Shown here piece after piece: positions 47,236 to 57,593 of a DNA stretch of 64,000 bases (its first letter is position 1; every line of letters starts with the position of its first letter). The position numbers and the translations under genes were made by a program. The notes beneath the pieces were generated by a model. The model was not told where the DNA came from, searched no databases, and saw only the letters and a list, made by a program, of their open reading frames with translations. This DNA comes from Candidatus Bathyarchaeota archaeon (lineage in GTDB: Archaea > Thermoproteota > Bathyarchaeia > Bathyarchaeales > Bathycorpusculaceae): the NCBI GenBank assembly GCA_963767735.1, contig CAVYES010000006.1:352001-416000 (forward strand), read 5' to 3'.

Positions 47236-49704
47236 CTAGCGAGGAGCTGGAGTAGCGTTGCCGCTTGACTTTTGTTCCTTTACATCGTTTTCAAACGTGC
47301 GGAAGTAGCGGATCTTCAAGAAATCTGTTACTACGAACTCCAGTAAGGCGTATCCCCAAACTAGACCTGCCAGTCCCCAACCAATGGGACTTATCAGTAC
47401 ACCGTACACCGCCAAGACCGTGGCGAATACCTGCGTACCTTCAGCAGCAATTAATAGAACACCTGCTGGGAATGGGCGTTCCCAGAAGTGACGGTTGTGC
47501 GTTCTTGCAAGATAAAGGGTCATGTGACCCGCCACCATCATCTTGAGAAACATAAGTGTTTGAAGAGTGAGTGGGCTGAGGTGGAGAACGTCAAGCCCGA
47601 TGATAAAGAGCAGGAAACTCGCAACTAAACCTGTGACGCCAAGCAAAGAAGCAACAATTATGACTTCCCGCATATTCCAACGTACAGGTTTTGCATGGAT
47701 TCTCACGTTGTCATAAGCAATCATCATGATTGGCAAATCGTTAAGCAACGCTATCAGGACAATCATCACCGGCGTAAGGGGATAAAAGTTGAAGATTATG
47801 ATAGTCAGTGACAAGAAGAATAGCACACGCATGGTCTCCGCGATGCGGTAGATCGCATAGTTGTTCATTCGCGCAAAAATCTTGCGGCTCTCCTTAATCG
47901 AGTCAATAATGACAGAGAGACCAGGTTTAGTTAGCACGACGTCCGCAGCCGATTTTGCCGCGTCAGTTGCGCCGTCAACAGCAACGCCCGCATCTGCCTT
48001 CTTCAAAGCTGGAGCGTCGTTGACTCCGTCGCCCGTCATGCCGACAATATGGCCTTTTCCCTGCAGCAACTCAACTATGCGGTATTTGTGCTCCGGAAAA
48101 ACTTGAGCAAAACCATCTGCTTTTTCAATGAGGTCAGTCGCTTCGCTGTCAGACTTGTCTATGAAAGAAGAGGCAGGGATTATGTTTGTGCCCAAATTAA
48201 CTTCTTGAGCAATCTGCTTGGCTATTGCGATGTGGTCGCCCGTGACCATTTTGACGTTTATGCCCATATTCTGGGCTGTTTTTATTGTCTCAGCAGAGTC
48301 TTCGCGGGGCGGGTCGTAAATTGCAAGAAGTCCAACGTATTGCCAGTTGCCTTCTGCGTCTCCCTTAATTACGCCTAGCGCTCGATGTCCTTTGCTTGCG
48401 AAAATGTTTATAATCTCGTTAACTTTGTTTTCGATTTCTGACTTATTTGAAACAAGAGACAAAACAACTTGAGGTGCACCTTTAGACACTTTGAAGCGTC
48501 CACCGTCGTGGCTCTCGACCGTGGCTTCAGTTCTCTTCAAAACTGGGTCAAACGGCTTAAAATCAACCACGCTGTATCGACCAAGAACATCGGCAATTAC
48601 CAGGATTGACTTGGCTTTAGCGATGACGGCGTCATCGATGGGATCATGGTTTTCTGCTTTGGAAGCCAATGTTCCATATAGGAGAGCATCGTTGATTTCG
48701 AATTTTCCAAAGGCTTGAGTTTCCGCAACTGTAAGTTCATTCTTCGTTATGGTTCCTGTCTTGTCTGAACATAACACGTCCACTCCAGCCATTTCTTCAA
48801 TTGAGACCAGCTTGCTTACGATGGCTTCTTTTTTCGCGAGGGCGATTGCTCCAACTGCCATGGTAACCGTCAAAACGGCGGGTAAAGCTACAGGTATCGA
48901 AGCTACAACCAAAACAAGTACGTACTGAATAAGGGATAATGGATTGGTGTGTCGAAGGAGCGCTGCTATAAGCACTGCAGAAACCATTGTTCCCGCCAGA
49001 ATAATCAGGTAGTTTCCTATTTTTATAACGGCTTTTTGGAAGTGGCTTCCCGCTCTGGCTTCTTCCACTAGTTTGGCGGTTTTGCCAAAAAAGCTGGTTA
49101 TTCCAGTGGCTACGACGTAAGCGTCCATTTCTCCTTGCTTAACGATGGCTCCTGCATAAGCAATGTCAGAAACATGCTTCTCCACAGGCAGAGATTCACC
49201 GGTTAACGCGGATTCATCAGCGAGCAGGTAGTCGCCTTTCATGAGCTTAACGTCAGCAGGAACAATGTCTCCCAACCGGACGCGCACAATATCGCCGGGA
49301 ACCAGCACCTTGGAAGGTATCTCACGCCATGTCCCGTCTCTGAGCACTCGTGCTTTTGGAGCAAGCCGCTTCTTCAACAACTCTATAGCGTTGTCCGCTT
49401 TATTTTCCTGCCAGAATCCCACTGCTGCATTCACAATTAGCAGCGTGAAAATTAGGGCAAAATCCTCGTAGCGTTGAATGATTATAGATAGTACTGCAGC
49501 AATTTCTATCATCCAAGGAATGGGTCCCCAGAAATACCCCGTTAGCTTGCGAAATGGACTAATTTTCTTTTCAGGAATTTCATTAGGACCAAATTTCTGA
49601 AGTTTTTGGGCTGCCTCCTCTGAAGATAACCCAGTCTTGGAATACTCTGGAAATGGGGTTTCTTCTTCAGACGAATTTCTTTGCTCTTCGGTTTTCACTG
49701 GCAA
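47236..49704 (-). CDS. P-type IIIA plasma-membrane H+-exporting ATPase
   Basis: FWGPIPWMIE, LTGES, phosphorylation site CSDKTGT, KGAPQ, MTGDGVNDAPALKKA, NDLPIM. Confidence 0.96.
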   Translation of the reverse strand: MPVKTEEQRNSSEEETPFPEYSKTGLSSEEAAQKLQKFGPNEIPEKKISPFRKLTGYFWGPIPWMIEIAAVLSIIIQRYEDFALIFTLLIVNAAVGFWQENKADNAIELLKKRLAPKARVLRDGTWREIPSKVLVPGDIVRVRLGDIVPADVKLMKGDYLLADESALTGESLPVEKHVSDIAYAGAIVKQGEMDAYVVATGITSFFGKTAKLVEEARAGSHFQKAVIKIGNYLIILAGTMVSAVLIAALLRHTNPLSLIQYVLVLVVASIPVALPAVLTVTMAVGAIALAKKEAIVSKLVSIEEMAGVDVLCSDKTGTITKNELTVAETQAFGKFEINDALLYGTLASKAENHDPIDDAVIAKAKSILVIADVLGRYSVVDFKPFDPVLKRTEATVESHDGGRFKVSKGAPQVVLSLVSNKSEIENKVNEIINIFASKGHRALGVIKGDAEGNWQYVGLLAIYDPPREDSAETIKTAQNMGINVKMVTGDHIAIAKQIAQEVNLGTNIIPASSFIDKSDSEATDLIEKADGFAQVFPEHKYRIVELLQGKGHIVGMTGDGVNDAPALKKADAGVAVDGATDAAKSAADVVLTKPGLSVIIDSIKESRKIFARMNNYAIYRIAETMRVLFFLSLTIIIFNFYPLTPVMIVLIALLNDLPIMMIAYDNVRIHAKPVRWNMREVIIVASLLGVTGLVASFLLFIIGLDVLHLSPLTLQTLMFLKMMVAGHMTLYLARTHNRHFWERPFPAGVLLIAAEGTQVFATVLAVYGVLISPIGWGLAGLVWGYALLEFVVTDFLKIRYFRTFENDVKEQKSSGNATPAPR

Positions 49705-49926
49705 ACCTTCTGTTCAACTAACCCATTAGATAAGCTGTTAACGCCATATGCAAAACTCAACAATCGTCTACCTTTCGCTATAAATTTCTTTGAAGATTGT
49801 TTTCTAATTCTCCAAGCCATTAATCAAGCCGCGTAAGCAAATATAAATGTGTTTTAGCCGTTTTAATGCAGTTTTTTCCTTTAACGTCAGCAAGTATTAT
49901 ATGGACTTGCTGTGATTCTCTTTGCA

Positions 49927-50040
49927 ATGTCGGCTCCTAACTGTCCTTGTCCAAAAAAAGATTGCCCACGCCACCGCAACTGCCAAGAATGTGTGGACCA
50001 CCATAAAACAAAGAATGAATTGCCATATTGCGCGAGGTAA
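49927..50040 (+). CDS. Cys/His-rich micro-protein, 37 aa (DUF6485-like)
   Basis: Manual translation MSAPNCPCPKKDCPRHRNCQECVDHHKTKNELPYCAR. Confidence 0.7.
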   Translation: MSAPNCPCPKKDCPRHRNCQECVDHHKTKNELPYCAR

Positions 50041-50046
50041 ACCAGA

Positions 50047-50316
50047 TTGACATCTCTTTCCGAGGCAGAAGCTTTCAAAAAAAGAGAAGAAATACAAAAC
50101 CGCTTTTGGAATCAAGTTGGCGCGGTTGAACATATTTCATTGCCAAAGCTAGAAGACGCCATAAAAAAAGAGTTCAGCTGCACTGACGGCAGGTTCATTC
50201 AAGCGCAAATTAAACTGATGCAGACAGAGGCAAGGGTTAGAGTGCAAAGCAACGTTAAAGTATGGATTAAACAGCCAAACACTATTTCGCTCCCTAAAAC
50301 GAATTGGTTTCGTTGA
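50047..50316 (+). CDS. Hypothetical protein
   Basis: 89-aa ORF starting 6 nt after the previous stop, co-oriented. Confidence 0.55.
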   Translation: MTSLSEAEAFKKREEIQNRFWNQVGAVEHISLPKLEDAIKKEFSCTDGRFIQAQIKLMQTEARVRVQSNVKVWIKQPNTISLPKTNWFR

Positions 50317-50363
50317 AATATCTTAAATACCGTAATTGCAAAGTCAGAGTGAGGTTCAGCTGA

Positions 50364-51224
50364 ATGCGGTCGGCAGTCATTACAAAAATTATTGCGATTT
50401 CTGGCCTTCTGAAAATCGAGCTTCCCCTGGCTGCTGGCCTATGTGTCGTTGCAGGTGAGATGTTGGTGATTGGGAAATTGCCAACGCCTCTTGAGTTTGC
50501 ACTTGGTTTTTTGGCGGGTTTCTTCATTTCGGGTGCGATAATGATGTCAAATGACTATTTCGATTTAGAAGTCGATAAAATAAACCATCCGAATCGGCCG
50601 CTTCCCTCAGGAAAGATAACAACAAGAGAATTAGTGGCGTTATCGTGCCTATTCTCAATAGCGGGTTTCTTGTCTTCTTATGTGCTCGGTTTCTCAGTGT
50701 TGTTTATCGCCATTTTTCTTTGGGTTGTTGGTTTTTTGTACAATTGGAAGTTCAAAGAAGTTGGTTTAGCGGGCAATTTGATGGTTAGTTTAGCGGTTGC
50801 AATGACTTTTATTTTTGGTGGGGTGTCCGTTAGCAACGGTTTTTCAGGGGTAGTTTGGTTTTTTGGAGCTTGCGCATTCATTTTTGACTTAGGCGAGGAG
50901 ATTGCAGGAGGCGCAATGGATGTTGAAGGAGACCGATTACGTTCGGCTAGAACGGTAGCTATCCTAAAAGGAAGGGACTTTGCTTTGCGTATTTCAAGTT
51001 TACTTTTTGCGTTCTTCATTGGACTTACTACTTTGCCATTTTTCTTTAGGTGGCTTGGAATTGTTTACTTTATTTTGATTTTGCCCACAGATTTTGCTGT
51101 GGCTTACTTTGCACTTCGACTTTTAAAAAGCAAAACAGCGAAGGAAGGTCGAGCCAGAACCCGTCAGCTCTATTTAACCCTCGTTCTTTTCATCATTGCC
51201 TTTATTATTAGTCGACTCATCTGA
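50364..51224 (+). CDS. UbiA-family prenyltransferase (DGGGP synthase-like)
   Basis: NDYFDLEVDKINHPNRPLPSG, EEIAGGAMDVEGD. Confidence 0.9.
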   Translation: MRSAVITKIIAISGLLKIELPLAAGLCVVAGEMLVIGKLPTPLEFALGFLAGFFISGAIMMSNDYFDLEVDKINHPNRPLPSGKITTRELVALSCLFSIAGFLSSYVLGFSVLFIAIFLWVVGFLYNWKFKEVGLAGNLMVSLAVAMTFIFGGVSVSNGFSGVVWFFGACAFIFDLGEEIAGGAMDVEGDRLRSARTVAILKGRDFALRISSLLFAFFIGLTTLPFFFRWLGIVYFILILPTDFAVAYFALRLLKSKTAKEGRARTRQLYLTLVLFIIAFIISRLI

Positions 51225-51321
51225 GAAGAGTTTTTGCGTTTTTTTTCTGCTTAAATTTTCAGAATTTTTCGGTTTTCGTGAACCAAAACGATTAGTGGTT
51301 TGCATAACTTTAATAGTTAGC

Positions 51322-51340
51322 TTTTCTAATTGTTAGAAAA
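51322..51340. promoter_or_regulatory. Perfect palindrome TTTTCTAA-N3-TTAGAAAA, probable MarR operator
   Basis: Lies between TATA-like TTTAATA (~51310) and the ATG at 51351. Confidence 0.5.
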
Positions 51341-51350
51341 TGAAATTAAT

Positions 51351-51812
51351 ATGACCGTTGATTCAGACGAGGTAGCCCGCGGATTACTTGAGGTGGTTCC
51401 AGTCATCATAAAGGACATCCGATCTCAGATGCGCAGTCGAAGGTCGCCTGATTTAACTGTTCCTCAATTCCGCACCTTAGCCTTTGTAGACCGCAACAAA
51501 GGCACTTCACTCTCCGCGGTGGCAAATCACATGGGATTAACTCTGCCCTCAACCTCAAAGCTTGTTGATGGTCTCATCACCCGCGGTATGTTAACAAGAG
51601 AAGATAATCCATCTGACAGACGACGAGTAAAATTAGGGGTAACAAATCATGGATTGGTTATTTTAGAAAACTCGCGCAAAGGCACCTTGACTTATTTGAC
51701 CGACAAAATATCCTCCGCCAGCGCAGAAGATAAAAAAGTCATTGCCCAAGCCATGAAAACTCTACGCTCTTTCTTCATAACCAGCACACAAACACAAGCG
51801 GAGGCGAAGTAA
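51351..51812 (+). CDS. MarR-family transcriptional regulator
   Basis: LTVPQFRTL, STSKLVDGL, DRRRVKLGVT. Confidence 0.92.
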   Translation: MTVDSDEVARGLLEVVPVIIKDIRSQMRSRRSPDLTVPQFRTLAFVDRNKGTSLSAVANHMGLTLPSTSKLVDGLITRGMLTREDNPSDRRRVKLGVTNHGLVILENSRKGTLTYLTDKISSASAEDKKVIAQAMKTLRSFFITSTQTQAEAK

Positions 51813-51813
51813 C

Positions 51814-52611
51814 ATGCCTATTCTTATAACAGAACACCTCACTCGCCGCTTCAAAGAACTAACAGCGGTTGATGACCTGACTATATCGGTGAATCAAGGC
51901 GAAATCTTCGGTCTCCTCGGACCAAACGGCGCAGGCAAATCCACAGTTATCAAAATGATAACTACCCTTCTGCCTCCAACCAGCGGAATCGTAAGTGTGG
52001 GCGGCTTCAACACTGCACACAACGCAAGCAACGTGAGAAGACTGATCGGCTACGTGCCTCAAATTCTCTCCGCAGACGGCACCCTTACAGGTCGCGAGAA
52101 CCTGATGATATTCGCCAAACTCTATGACATACCCAAAAATGAACGCGCCAAGCGGATTGACGATTCATTGGAGTTTATGAGCCTCACGGAGGCTTCCGAT
52201 AAGATGGTGAAAAATTATTCAGGCGGCATGATCAGACGATTAGAAATAGCACAAGCCATGTTGCATCACCCCAAGGTTCTGTTCTTGGACGAACCAACCA
52301 TTGGTCTTGACCCCGTTGGACGCAAAGCAGTTTGGGACCACATCAAAAAACTGTGCGCTGACTATGATACAACAATCTTCTTGACTACGCATTATATGGA
52401 AGAAGCAGACAAACTATGCTCCCGAGTAGCCATCATGAATCTGGGAAAATTGGTCGTTATAGGTGCTCCTGCCGATTTGAAGGCGTCTTTAAAAGGGGAC
52501 AGTATAACGCTCGATGATGTGTTTACCTGTTACACTGGCGGCTCTTTCGAGCGAGGCGAGGGCTACAGAGAAACTAGTATGACAAGAAAAACAGCGGGGA
52601 GGCTCGGATAA
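51814..52611 (+). CDS. DrrA-like ABC exporter ATP-binding protein
   Basis: GPNGAGKST, YSGGMIRRLEIA, LFLDEPTIGLDP, TTHYMEEA. Confidence 0.95.
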   Translation: MPILITEHLTRRFKELTAVDDLTISVNQGEIFGLLGPNGAGKSTVIKMITTLLPPTSGIVSVGGFNTAHNASNVRRLIGYVPQILSADGTLTGRENLMIFAKLYDIPKNERAKRIDDSLEFMSLTEASDKMVKNYSGGMIRRLEIAQAMLHHPKVLFLDEPTIGLDPVGRKAVWDHIKKLCADYDTTIFLTTHYMEEADKLCSRVAIMNLGKLVVIGAPADLKASLKGDSITLDDVFTCYTGGSFERGEGYRETSMTRKTAGRLG

Positions 52612-52630
52612 AATAGTTCAAGAAAAAAAC

Positions 52631-53419
52631 GTGAATGCGGTAAATTGGGTTGTTAGTTTCTTCGCTAAAACGTTGAGCATAGCCGAAATGGAGATACGTA
52701 AACTTCGCCATGACCCCACAGAACTCATCACCCGTGCTGTGCAGCCAGCTCTTTGGTTGCTTATCTTTGGCGAAGTCTTCACAAGAATACATCTCATCCC
52801 GACCGGCAATCTGTCCTACCTATCCTTCATTACTCCTGGAATTTTGGCTCAAAGCGTGCTCTTCATCGCCATCTTCTACGGCATAGCCGTCATCTGGGAA
52901 CGGGATCTGGGCATTCTCCACAAATTCCTAGTAAGCCCTACTCCTCGAGAAGCACTGGTGCTTGGAAAAGCATTGTCTTCAGGCGTAAGAGCGCTTTCGC
53001 AAGTTGCAATCATCTTTGTACTGGCGGTGTTAATCGGCGTAGGCATCAACTGGAATCCCATAAACTTGTCGTTGGTCGTCGTCGTTGCAATATTGGCTTC
53101 GGCTTTGTTTTCCACGTTTTCACTCATTATTGCTTCACTGGTGAAGACGCGTGAACGCTTCATGGGTATAGGCCAAATATTGACGATGCCCCTGTTCTTT
53201 GCAAGCAACGCCATTTATCCCCTTTCAATGATGCCTCGTTGGCTGCAAATTGTTGCGCAATTTAACCCCTTGACTTACGCGGTGGATGCCCTCCGTGCTC
53301 TTATGATTACAGGTGGAGCAAGCACTTATGGGGTCGGCGTTGACATACTTGTGCTCTTCGTGGTTACGGTAGCTTTAGTGCTGATCGGAGCCAAACTCTA
53401 CTCACGAGTAGTCATTTAA
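52631..53419 (+). CDS. ABC-2 type exporter permease
   Basis: QPALWL, FITPGI, WERDLG, NPLTYAVDALR. Confidence 0.94.
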   Translation: MNAVNWVVSFFAKTLSIAEMEIRKLRHDPTELITRAVQPALWLLIFGEVFTRIHLIPTGNLSYLSFITPGILAQSVLFIAIFYGIAVIWERDLGILHKFLVSPTPREALVLGKALSSGVRALSQVAIIFVLAVLIGVGINWNPINLSLVVVVAILASALFSTFSLIIASLVKTRERFMGIGQILTMPLFFASNAIYPLSMMPRWLQIVAQFNPLTYAVDALRALMITGGASTYGVGVDILVLFVVTVALVLIGAKLYSRVVI

Positions 53420-53517
53420 AAAGACCCAGATTTCTGATCACAAGCCGAACAGCAACATTGCTAAAATAAATTTAATGAAAATGGGATTCTGTTTTTCCAG
53501 GCAGCGCAGGATCTTTT

Positions 53518-54141
53518 TTAATCAGCTCGGTTTTGCAGTACGCTGACTGTTCCGGTTTTTCCCAGCCGCAGCTGTCTTTCTCCTTTAAATGTGGAAACTG
53601 ACGCATTCTTGATCTGTACTGTATCGCCAACATTAACAAAGTCCACTTGTTCGTTCCATAGGCAAAGCTTAATTTTTCCTGTCTCGTCCGCTATCCAAGC
53701 GTTAGTTACTTTGGCGCTGTTTCCGTACCGCGTCTGGACAGTTGCGGGCGTTGGGGTCTCGAGAACTTTAGCTTCAATGTTGACTTTTTTCATGCCATGC
53801 CGCAGGTCTTGAACCATGGTGGATTGCTTTGGCGAAGTGTTTTGTCTGTTCATTTGTCTGCGGATTTTGTCGGTATCCATCCAGTTTTCGAAGCAAATGT
53901 CTTTTCTTAGGAGAAATTCTTCAGCAACTCGAAACTGCACTACCACTTTGGAGTCTTTTGTAATTAGAAAGACCGCTTCGTCTTTTACGCTGCAACGGTA
54001 TTCAACCATAAGATTTTGGCATGTGGTTTTTCCTTTTTCCCTAGCCGTAACTAAGGTTTGGTAAAGTTCCGAAAGGTAAATACCTTGTTTCACTGAAAGA
54101 AAAGCGAGGTACTCCATTATCGTTGTCTTTTTATGATTCAA
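53518..54141 (-). CDS. Single OB-fold SSB/RPA-like protein with an extra N-terminal domain
   Basis: DLRHGMKKVNIEAKV, IADETGKIKLCLWNEQ, GDTVQIKNA. Confidence 0.85.
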   Translation of the reverse strand: MNHKKTTIMEYLAFLSVKQGIYLSELYQTLVTAREKGKTTCQNLMVEYRCSVKDEAVFLITKDSKVVVQFRVAEEFLLRKDICFENWMDTDKIRRQMNRQNTSPKQSTMVQDLRHGMKKVNIEAKVLETPTPATVQTRYGNSAKVTNAWIADETGKIKLCLWNEQVDFVNVGDTVQIKNASVSTFKGERQLRLGKTGTVSVLQNRAD

Positions 54142-54460
54142 ACTTTCTCCTTCTCGATGTTTTGCCAGAAATCGTCTTGAAAAAGTATGTTCTGGGCTCA
54201 GGTTGTACTCTTTCTTGAATAATCCGACAGTAATATATAATACATATTAACTATTTAGGCTAGGCACCTAAAGAAAAGACATTTCTCCATACAGTTTCTA
54301 TTTTTAGAAGCCCTTAGCATGCTTAGGTTGCGTTTATAACAGGTTTGGTCTTGTAGCGATAGTTTTCTTTTTTTCTTTGAAATATACATAGGGCTTCAAC
54401 AAAACTTGACTAATTGCACTGTAGGTTTTTATTTGGTGCGTCAATTAGGCTTTATACAAA

Positions 54461-54856
54461 ATGGCAGGAAATCGTATGAAAACTATCGCGCTTGTAGCAC
54501 ATGATAACAAGAAAAAGGATATTGTGGAGTGGTGTGATTTCAACAAAGGAACGTTATCTCAGTTTTGCCTGTGCGCGACGGGATCTACCGGTGAACAAAT
54601 AATTGAGAAAACAGGATTGCCGATGAATCTGCTAAAGAGCGGACCTTACGGTGGAGACATGGAGCTTGGAGCTTTGATTGCGAATAAGAAACTCGATATT
54701 CTGATATTCTTTTGGGATCCTTTAGAGTCTCAGCCTCATGATGTTGATGTTAAAGCTCTTCTCAGAATGGCAGTACTCTACAATATCCCAACCGCATGCA
54801 ACAGAGCAACAGCAGACATGATAATCTCAAGCCCCATGTTTAACACGCAGCCCTGA
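54461..54856 (+). CDS. mgsA: Methylglyoxal synthase
   Basis: IALVAHDNKK, ATGSTG, SGPYGGD, FFWDP, PHDVDVKALLR. Confidence 0.96.
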   Translation: MAGNRMKTIALVAHDNKKKDIVEWCDFNKGTLSQFCLCATGSTGEQIIEKTGLPMNLLKSGPYGGDMELGALIANKKLDILIFFWDPLESQPHDVDVKALLRMAVLYNIPTACNRATADMIISSPMFNTQP

Positions 54857-54965
54857 GCGGTTCCAAAAGAAACAATTTTTTCTTATCGGCGATAAATACG
54901 AAATCGAAACAGAGGGGCAAACTCCTATATGCTAGGTGTCAAGCTTTTAACTAGCAGAGATTAAT

Positions 54966-55166
54966 ATGAACCCTGAGAATTATAAGTCAAAACGGAAAGG
55001 ACAGCCAAAACGAAATAGCGCTGCTAATCGAGCCAAACGTCGCATGGATGCAAAAGCTAAAGAACCCAATACTTCTCCAAAACTGCGTGAAATCTACTCC
55101 ACCAGAATCGAGTGGGCAACTAAGATAATTCCCAAATTAAAAGAGACGTTAGAAACACCAAAATAA
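54966..55166 (+). CDS. Small basic hypothetical protein
   Basis: 66-aa K/R-rich ORF. Confidence 0.5.
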   Translation: MNPENYKSKRKGQPKRNSAANRAKRRMDAKAKEPNTSPKLREIYSTRIEWATKIIPKLKETLETPK

Positions 55167-55266
55167 AATCGAAAGATTCGTTTTCCAAAATAATATTTTT
55201 AAAAAAGATAAAATTTTAGAAAATGCAACGTATTTCTATTTTTTGCTTTAGTTTATAAATTTGTAG

Positions 55267-55404
55267 TTAGAAACTTGCCACGCCCTTCTTTTCAGAAGGA
55301 TCATACCATTTCCAGAGTTCATCCGCAGCTTTTTCGGAACAGCCAGCACTGAACAATAGATGCTTGAACTTTAATTCCGTTTTTTTTATCCGACTTTGCC
55401 GCAT
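55267..55404 (-). CDS. Hypothetical micro-protein, 45 aa
   Basis: Manual translation MRQSRIKKTELKFKHLLFSAGCSEKAADELWKWYDPSEKKGVASF. Confidence 0.5.
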   Translation of the reverse strand: MRQSRIKKTELKFKHLLFSAGCSEKAADELWKWYDPSEKKGVASF

Positions 55405-55727
55405 AGGCTTTTTGACGAAAAAATAAATAATAAACGTTCTGGACTCCTAATCCAATTTGTAGATATGTACAACAAAAATACACAAAGTTAAGGAAGCGTG
55501 GGTGGGCTTAGTAGAAAAAACGATGACCAAATGTATATTCAGTTATCTTCTTGTATTTTGACTGAATTAATTGTTTTGCTCCGAGAAGAATTGGGTGTTT
55601 TTCATCTTTCAAAGGCGAAGCCTTAAGAGGGCTCATGCTTCTATGGTAACTACCAAGTTTGGAATCACTTGTCCAGATATTTTTGGCTAATGTGAGCGAC
55701 CTAAATTTGGATGGGTGAGGGCACAAA

Positions 55728-55979
55728 TTGAAAATATTTGAGGCAATGGTATTTAAAAGGGCTATTGGAACCAGATGCAGTTTAAATGTAAAAATGCTTG
55801 ATACAATAAATGATGGTATTGTTTTAAGCATTGACCAAAACTTAGTCAATAGCAATGAACTTTCATTTATAACGGATTTTGTGAATCAACATAAACTAAG
55901 CTTGCTGCTAGACAGCGAGCGCTACTTTATCTCGACAAATGCCCTAACCCCATCCAGCCCATCCATGTGGGAAAGCTAG
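55728..55979 (+). CDS. Hypothetical protein
   Basis: 83-aa ORF with GGTGA upstream. Confidence 0.5.
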   Translation: MKIFEAMVFKRAIGTRCSLNVKMLDTINDGIVLSIDQNLVNSNELSFITDFVNQHKLSLLLDSERYFISTNALTPSSPSMWES

Positions 55980-56238
55980 AACTATTGAATCCCGAAAACC
56001 TATAGTCGACTCAGTAGTTATAATGCTAAAATTAATCATGCACCAATAAACAAATTGAAAGTAGCTACAGGTTCAGAATTCAGGTTTGTTGACGACGCTG
56101 CCCGTCCCTAAACCGACTAAAAAGAACCATTAGGAGACCGCCTATAAGCGCCAAATAGTATGCAACGGTTGAGACAGAGGTTCCAGACATCCTCAGTTCA
56201 GCTCTTCAAGAAAAAACGTATTCGCAAACTTCGATATT

Positions 56239-57006
56239 TTAAAATGTTACGCTTTCGACGAGAATTCTCTTAATTATTCCCAAGCCATGTCTGAGCTTTA
56301 GTTTTTTTTCGCCTAGTCTGATTCGGTAATCAATTGGGATTTCAACAATTCGGTAACCGCTGCGTCCAACTACGGCGTTCATTTCTGCCTCTACGTCGAA
56401 GCCTTTGCTTTTGGGTTTCCAGCCTTCAAGCAGTTCACTTCTGACGATACGCAAGCCAGAGAGAGGGTCTTCAAGGTTAACGCCGTTCATAACAAATTGG
56501 GCAAACGCAAACATTTTATTGCCCAAGTAAAACGGGTTTGTAACCGATTTGCTATCGTTATGTTCACCTTTGAACCTGTTACCGATAACCATGCCGACAT
56601 CTGGGTTCTTATCTAAAATCTCAACCATCCTTGGCACATACTCAGCAGGATAAGTGAAGTCAGCATCAGTGAAAACAACATAGGACACTTTTGACCCTAG
56701 ATTTTGGAAACCCTGAAACATCGCATCTCCCTTACCTGTTCCCTCCTGCAATAAAACATCGGCGCCCATGTTTTTGGCTATTTCAATAGTCCGGTCAACA
56801 CTGTTGCCGTCTACAACAACTAAATAGGGATCTACAAGAACTTTTTGCAGCTCACTAATGGTGGGCCCTACGCCTTCTTCTTCATTAAGTGTTGCAATAA
56901 CCACAGATACCTTTGAATGACGTGTTTCAGCAAAAGTTGAAGATACTTTGTCTTCTTCAGTATGCGTTCCAATAATGACTGGCGCGCTTGATGTAAGTTC
57001 TGTCAC
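56239..57006 (-). CDS. Glycosyltransferase family 2 (DPM1-like)
   Basis: VVIATLNEE, VVDGNSVD, FTDADFTY, DPLSG, FDVEAEM. Confidence 0.93.
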   Translation of the reverse strand: MTELTSSAPVIIGTHTEEDKVSSTFAETRHSKVSVVIATLNEEEGVGPTISELQKVLVDPYLVVVDGNSVDRTIEIAKNMGADVLLQEGTGKGDAMFQGFQNLGSKVSYVVFTDADFTYPAEYVPRMVEILDKNPDVGMVIGNRFKGEHNDSKSVTNPFYLGNKMFAFAQFVMNGVNLEDPLSGLRIVRSELLEGWKPKSKGFDVEAEMNAVVGRSGYRIVEIPIDYRIRLGEKKLKLRHGLGIIKRILVESVTF

Positions 57007-57052
57007 AGAAAAACCTTAGTAATCTTTTAGGCTAACTTGCTATTTTAAGATG

Positions 57053-57076
57053 TGTGACTGCACGTAATCAATCACA
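57053..57076. promoter_or_regulatory. Palindrome TGTGACTG-N8-CAATCACA just upstream of a minus-strand TATA box
   Basis: Same architecture at 46699-46722. Confidence 0.5.
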
Positions 57077-57249
57077 TACTTCTTAGCCCTGATGCGCTAA
57101 ATTATTTATTTCTTAACCAAGAAAGATTAAAGATTTGATTCGTTTTATGGACAGAAATGAATTATTTAAGAAAATATTTATTTTAAAAAAATGAATTTGT
57201 GAAATATTTTTATCGACCTGTGAGACTTAATATAAAGGAGTTTTGCTTA

Positions 57250-57448
57250 ATGAGTAGAGCCGAAGCAGTGGCTGTCTACAGCGAAATCGCGAAATTATCT
57301 GAAAGTATGGCTTTAAAGACTTTCAACCTAAAGTATTCAATAAAAACGACCCTCTAGCAGAACACTACCAACTGCGAATAAGAATAATAATGGATGACAA
57401 AATCAGGCAACAGGTTACAAACATTGCCAAAAAACATAATTTTAGCCG
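57250..57448 (+). pseudogene. Frameshifted small hypothetical gene
   Basis: MSRAEAVAVYSEIAKL... continues in another frame as NDPLAEHYQLRIRIIMDDKIRQQVTNIAKKHN; TATA-like TTAATATA upstream. Confidence 0.4.
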
Positions 57449-57593
57449 AGTAGTGGCTGCCGTAGTCATAGTGGCAGTTTTATTGGTGCCTGTTCTCCAA
57501 AAAAAGGCAAAGATCAAAGACGACACCGAAGACGAAATTGACTTCTCAGATTAAGCATACCTTTAACTTTCAAAGAAATTAAAAACATAGGGA

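Noticed and set aside
683-53214. Many antisense or nested ORFs in the track (e.g. 683..1114, 4158..4619, 6807..7328, 20198..20605, 52876..53214)
   Set aside because: They are shadows of well-supported genes on the other strand or frame and carry no motifs of their own.
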